Part shown: piece by piece, positions 29,458 through 32,000 of the stretch | How positions within the stretch are numbered: position 1 is the first letter of the stretch | Layout: each line of letters opens with the position of its first letter | Source of the DNA: Aliivibrio fischeri ES114 | GTDB lineage: Bacteria; Pseudomonadota; Gammaproteobacteria; Enterobacterales; Vibrionaceae | Assembly: GCF_000011805.1 (NCBI RefSeq) | Contig: NC_006840.2 | Length of the DNA: 32,000 bases | Strand: one strand, 5' to 3' | Made by a program: the position numbers and the translations under genes | Notes under the pieces: model-generated | Database searches by the model: none | Told to the model about the DNA's origin: nothing | The model's input: only the letters and a program-made list of their open reading frames with translations

Positions 29458-30786
29458 TTATAGAACCATTGCTGCAATCCATCCAAAGATAATTAGTGGC
29501 AGGTTATAATGCAAAAAGGTAGGTACAACGGTTTCCCAAACGTGTTCATGTTGGCCATCAGAGTTTAAGCCTGATGTTGGACCTAATGTTGAATCCGAGG
29601 CTGGAGAACCTGCATCACCAAGCGCTGCCGCAGTACCAACAAGTGCGATGGTTGCCATTGGAGAAAAGCCAAAAGCAATAGCAAGAGGGACATAGATAGT
29701 TGCAATGATTGGAATAGTTGAGAACGAAGAGCCGATTCCCATTGTAACTAATAGACCAACAATTAGCATAAGTAGAGCAGCTAGAGGTTTATTATCACCA
29801 ATAGAGGTAGATAAAGCTTGAACTAGGGTTTCTACGCCACCTGTGGCTTTCATTACAGCGGCAAAGCCAGCAGCTGAAATCATAATAAAGCCAATCATTG
29901 CCATCATATGAACACCACGAGTGAATACGTCTTGAGTTTCTTTCCAAGCAATCACACCACCAAAAGTAAACACCATGAAACCAGCAAGAGCACCAATGAT
30001 CATTGAGCCAGCATATAACTGAACCGATAGGGCAGCAATGATAGCTAAAATAGAAATTTGGATATGACGTTTATTAAATGTAGGCTCTACTGATGTTGGG
30101 GCTAACTCAGAGTTATCAACTTCGGCATACGTTCTTGGTTTACGGTATGAAATAAATACGGCGATTAATAAGCCGACAACCATGCCAAGTGCTGGTAAAG
30201 CCATTGCTAGTGGTACTTGGCTTGCAAGTACATCTAAATGGTTGTCATGTAGGTTTTTAAGCAGGATATTATTCAAGAAGATACCGCCAAAACCGACAGG
30301 TAAAATCATATAAGGTGTCACTAAACCAAAAGTAAGAACACAAGCAACTAAACGACGATCAAGTTTTAGTTTATTAAAAACTTGAAGTAGTGGCGGGATC
30401 AAAATTGGAATAAAGGCAATATGAACTGGCACTACGTTTTGAGATGAAATCGTAACGAGAAGTATCAAGCATAATAGTAAATATTTTACACCGGTTGCGG
30501 CGTGGATATTTTCTTTACCATTTATACGTTTAATCACACTGTGAGCAAGCAAATCAGTAACGCCTGATTTTGAAATAGCAACTGCAAAAGCGCCAAGCAT
30601 AGCGTAACTTAATGCAATAGTTGCACCGCCACCTAGGCCACCTTCGAAAGCTGAAATGGTTTCAGATAATGATAATCCACCTACTAATCCACCGATTAGT
30701 GCGCTAAATGTTAAGGCAACAACAACGTTAACTCTAAGCAAAGCAAGGATAAGCATAACTGAAACAGAAAGAATGATTGGATTCAT
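29458..30786 (-). CDS. Polytopic membrane transporter, Na+/H+ antiporter (NhaC/YuiF-like) superfamily
   Basis: 442 aa, hydrophobic throughout, with roughly 11-12 predicted TM segments and Gly-rich helices. By eye it resembles proteins annotated as 'Na+/H+ antiporter family protein' (YuiF-like). The substrate is unknown. Confidence 0.6.
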
Positions 30787-30832
30787 TGTGTTTAGTTCCC
30801 TGTAAATTATTATGTAGTTAGCAATTAGCCAA

Positions 30833-31501
30833 TTAATTATTATTAGTATCGTTTTCTGGTTCTGGCATTACAGGCCAGCCACCAAGATCTTTCCATTTAT
30901 TCACAATACGACAGAATAGTTCTGCCGTCTTTTCTGTATCATAAAGAGCTGAATGAGCTTCTTTACCATCAAAATCCATTCCTGCCGTTTTACATGCCTT
31001 TGCCAATACAGTTTGACCAAGTGCTAGGCCACTGATTGCCGCTGTATCAAAGGTGCAAAATGGATGGAAAGGAATGCGTTTTAATTTTGTTCGTGCCGCT
31101 GCTTCCATAACAAAGCTATGGTCAAAATGAGCGTTATGAGCAACCATTATTGCACGTTGGCAATCGTGTTGTTTTTGTTCTTTACGGACAAGTTTGAAGA
31201 TTTCTTTTAATGCAACGTCTTCAGTGACAGCACCACGTAATGGGCTAAATGGGTCACGTATACCATTAAATTCAAGTGCTTCTTTTTCAATATTAGCACC
31301 TTCAAAAGGAGTGACATGGAAGTGGATGGTGGTAGCAGGTTTTAAATTACCTTGCTCATCCATAGCGAGAGTAACAGCACAAATCTCAAGTAATGCATCA
31401 GTTTTAGCATTAAAACCTGCTGTTTCAACATCAATAACTACAGGAAAATAGCCACGAAAACGGTTTTTTAATAAATTGTGTTGTTCTACTTCAGTCATCA
31501 T
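30833..31501 (-). CDS. rnt: Ribonuclease T
   Basis: Collinear with E. coli RNase T: [27 protein letters not shown] (DEDD exo I), [12 protein letters not shown] (exo II), [11 protein letters not shown] (exo III). The start is either of the tandem ATGs at 31501 and 31498. Confidence 0.95.
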
Positions 31502-31687
31502 TCGGTACGTAAGAAAATGTTATGACCATTATTGCAGATTATCCGTAGCATAAAAACTGTAAATAAGGTGTGATAGAGATATATTTATTAGTATCTAACT
31601 GAAATTGGCAAGTTGTAAGTAATTATTGGTCTAATTATTGCTTTATTAATAGCATCGTCAACGGCATGACCCATAGATTTAGGTATT

Positions 31688-32000
31688 ATGAAAAAAATAT
31701 TTGTTACATCTGCTTTATTAGTGAGCTTTTTGATTGCTACTCCTGTATTAGCAAATAAGAATTATGTCGCTAAGCCAGAGCAATCGAAGTGGACGATGTT
31801 AGAAAACTCGCCTTTAGAGTGTCGTTTGTCTCATAACATTCCTAATTATGGTAGTGCACAGTTTTCATCTTATGCAAATAAGAAGATGAATCTGGATTTT
31901 GAATTAAAAATGAACCGCCCAATGGGTGAAACTCGTGCTGTTAATCTTGTGTCTATGCCTGCTCGCTGGATGCCGGGTGATGGTGCAGAAAGTATGTTGA
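31688..32000 (+). CDS. motY: Sodium-type flagellar stator-associated protein MotY, N-terminal part (gene continues beyond the window)
   Basis: It has a signal peptide, then [66 protein letters not shown]. This parallels the Vibrio MotY N-terminus as I remember it ([59 protein letters not shown]). Confidence 0.85.
   Translation, partial: MKKIFVTSALLVSFLIATPVLANKNYVAKPEQSKWTMLENSPLECRLSHNIPNYGSAQFSSYANKKMNLDFELKMNRPMGETRAVNLVSMPARWMPGDGAESML

Noticed and set aside
31502-31687. Sigma-28 (FliA) or sigma-54 promoter upstream of motY, expected because flagellar stator genes are late flagellar genes in Vibrio.
   Set aside because: There is no convincing TAAAG-N15-GCCGATAA match; the best is ggcatgac, which is poor. 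The tggcaagttgtaagt element lacks the -12 GC at the right spacing.

Overview
This window looks like a core-chromosome segment of a low-GC Vibrionaceae-type gammaproteobacterium. That call rests on a MotY flagellar stator gene at the right edge, Vibrio-like protein sequences and AT-rich intergenic regions; the species is not determinable by eye. About 28 protein genes are tightly packed, and nearly all are recognisable housekeeping genes. They fall into three blocks whose order matches E. coli: cydC-cydD-trxB-(ald)-lrp-ftsK-lolA-rarA-serS, then yeaD-gapA / msrB-(lipoprotein)-yeaC, then sodB-grxD-(two extra genes)-rnt. Lineage-specific genes sit at or inside the block junctions: ald, trxC-yciU-gsk, a lipoprotein, a Kv-type K+ channel, adhE, a degenerate SDR-like protein, a 168-aa unknown, an orphan REC-TPR response regulator and an NhaC-superfamily transporter. 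Redox genes are notably dense (cydDC, trxB, trxC, msrB, sodB, grxD). I found no rRNA, tRNA, CRISPR array, transposase, integrase, phage gene or recognisable defence system, and no clear multi-gene novel system. The items most worth a second look are: (1) a perfect PurR-type operator between yciU and gsk; (2) a promoter-like element plus strong terminator in the lrp-ftsK spacer, a possible small RNA or 3'UTR RNA; (3) an orphan REC-TPR regulator with no Shine-Dalgarno and a perfect TATAAT 5 nt from its ATG; (4) an SDR-fold protein lacking the catalytic YxxxK, next to a 168-aa protein with no motif I recognise; (5) a 6-TM voltage-sensor K+ channel with a C-terminal zinc ribbon, convergent with an untracked 49-codon membrane ORF; (6) the roughly 580-bp adhE leader with CRP-like and NarL-like motifs. 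All functional calls come from by-eye homology and motif recognition; no database search was run.
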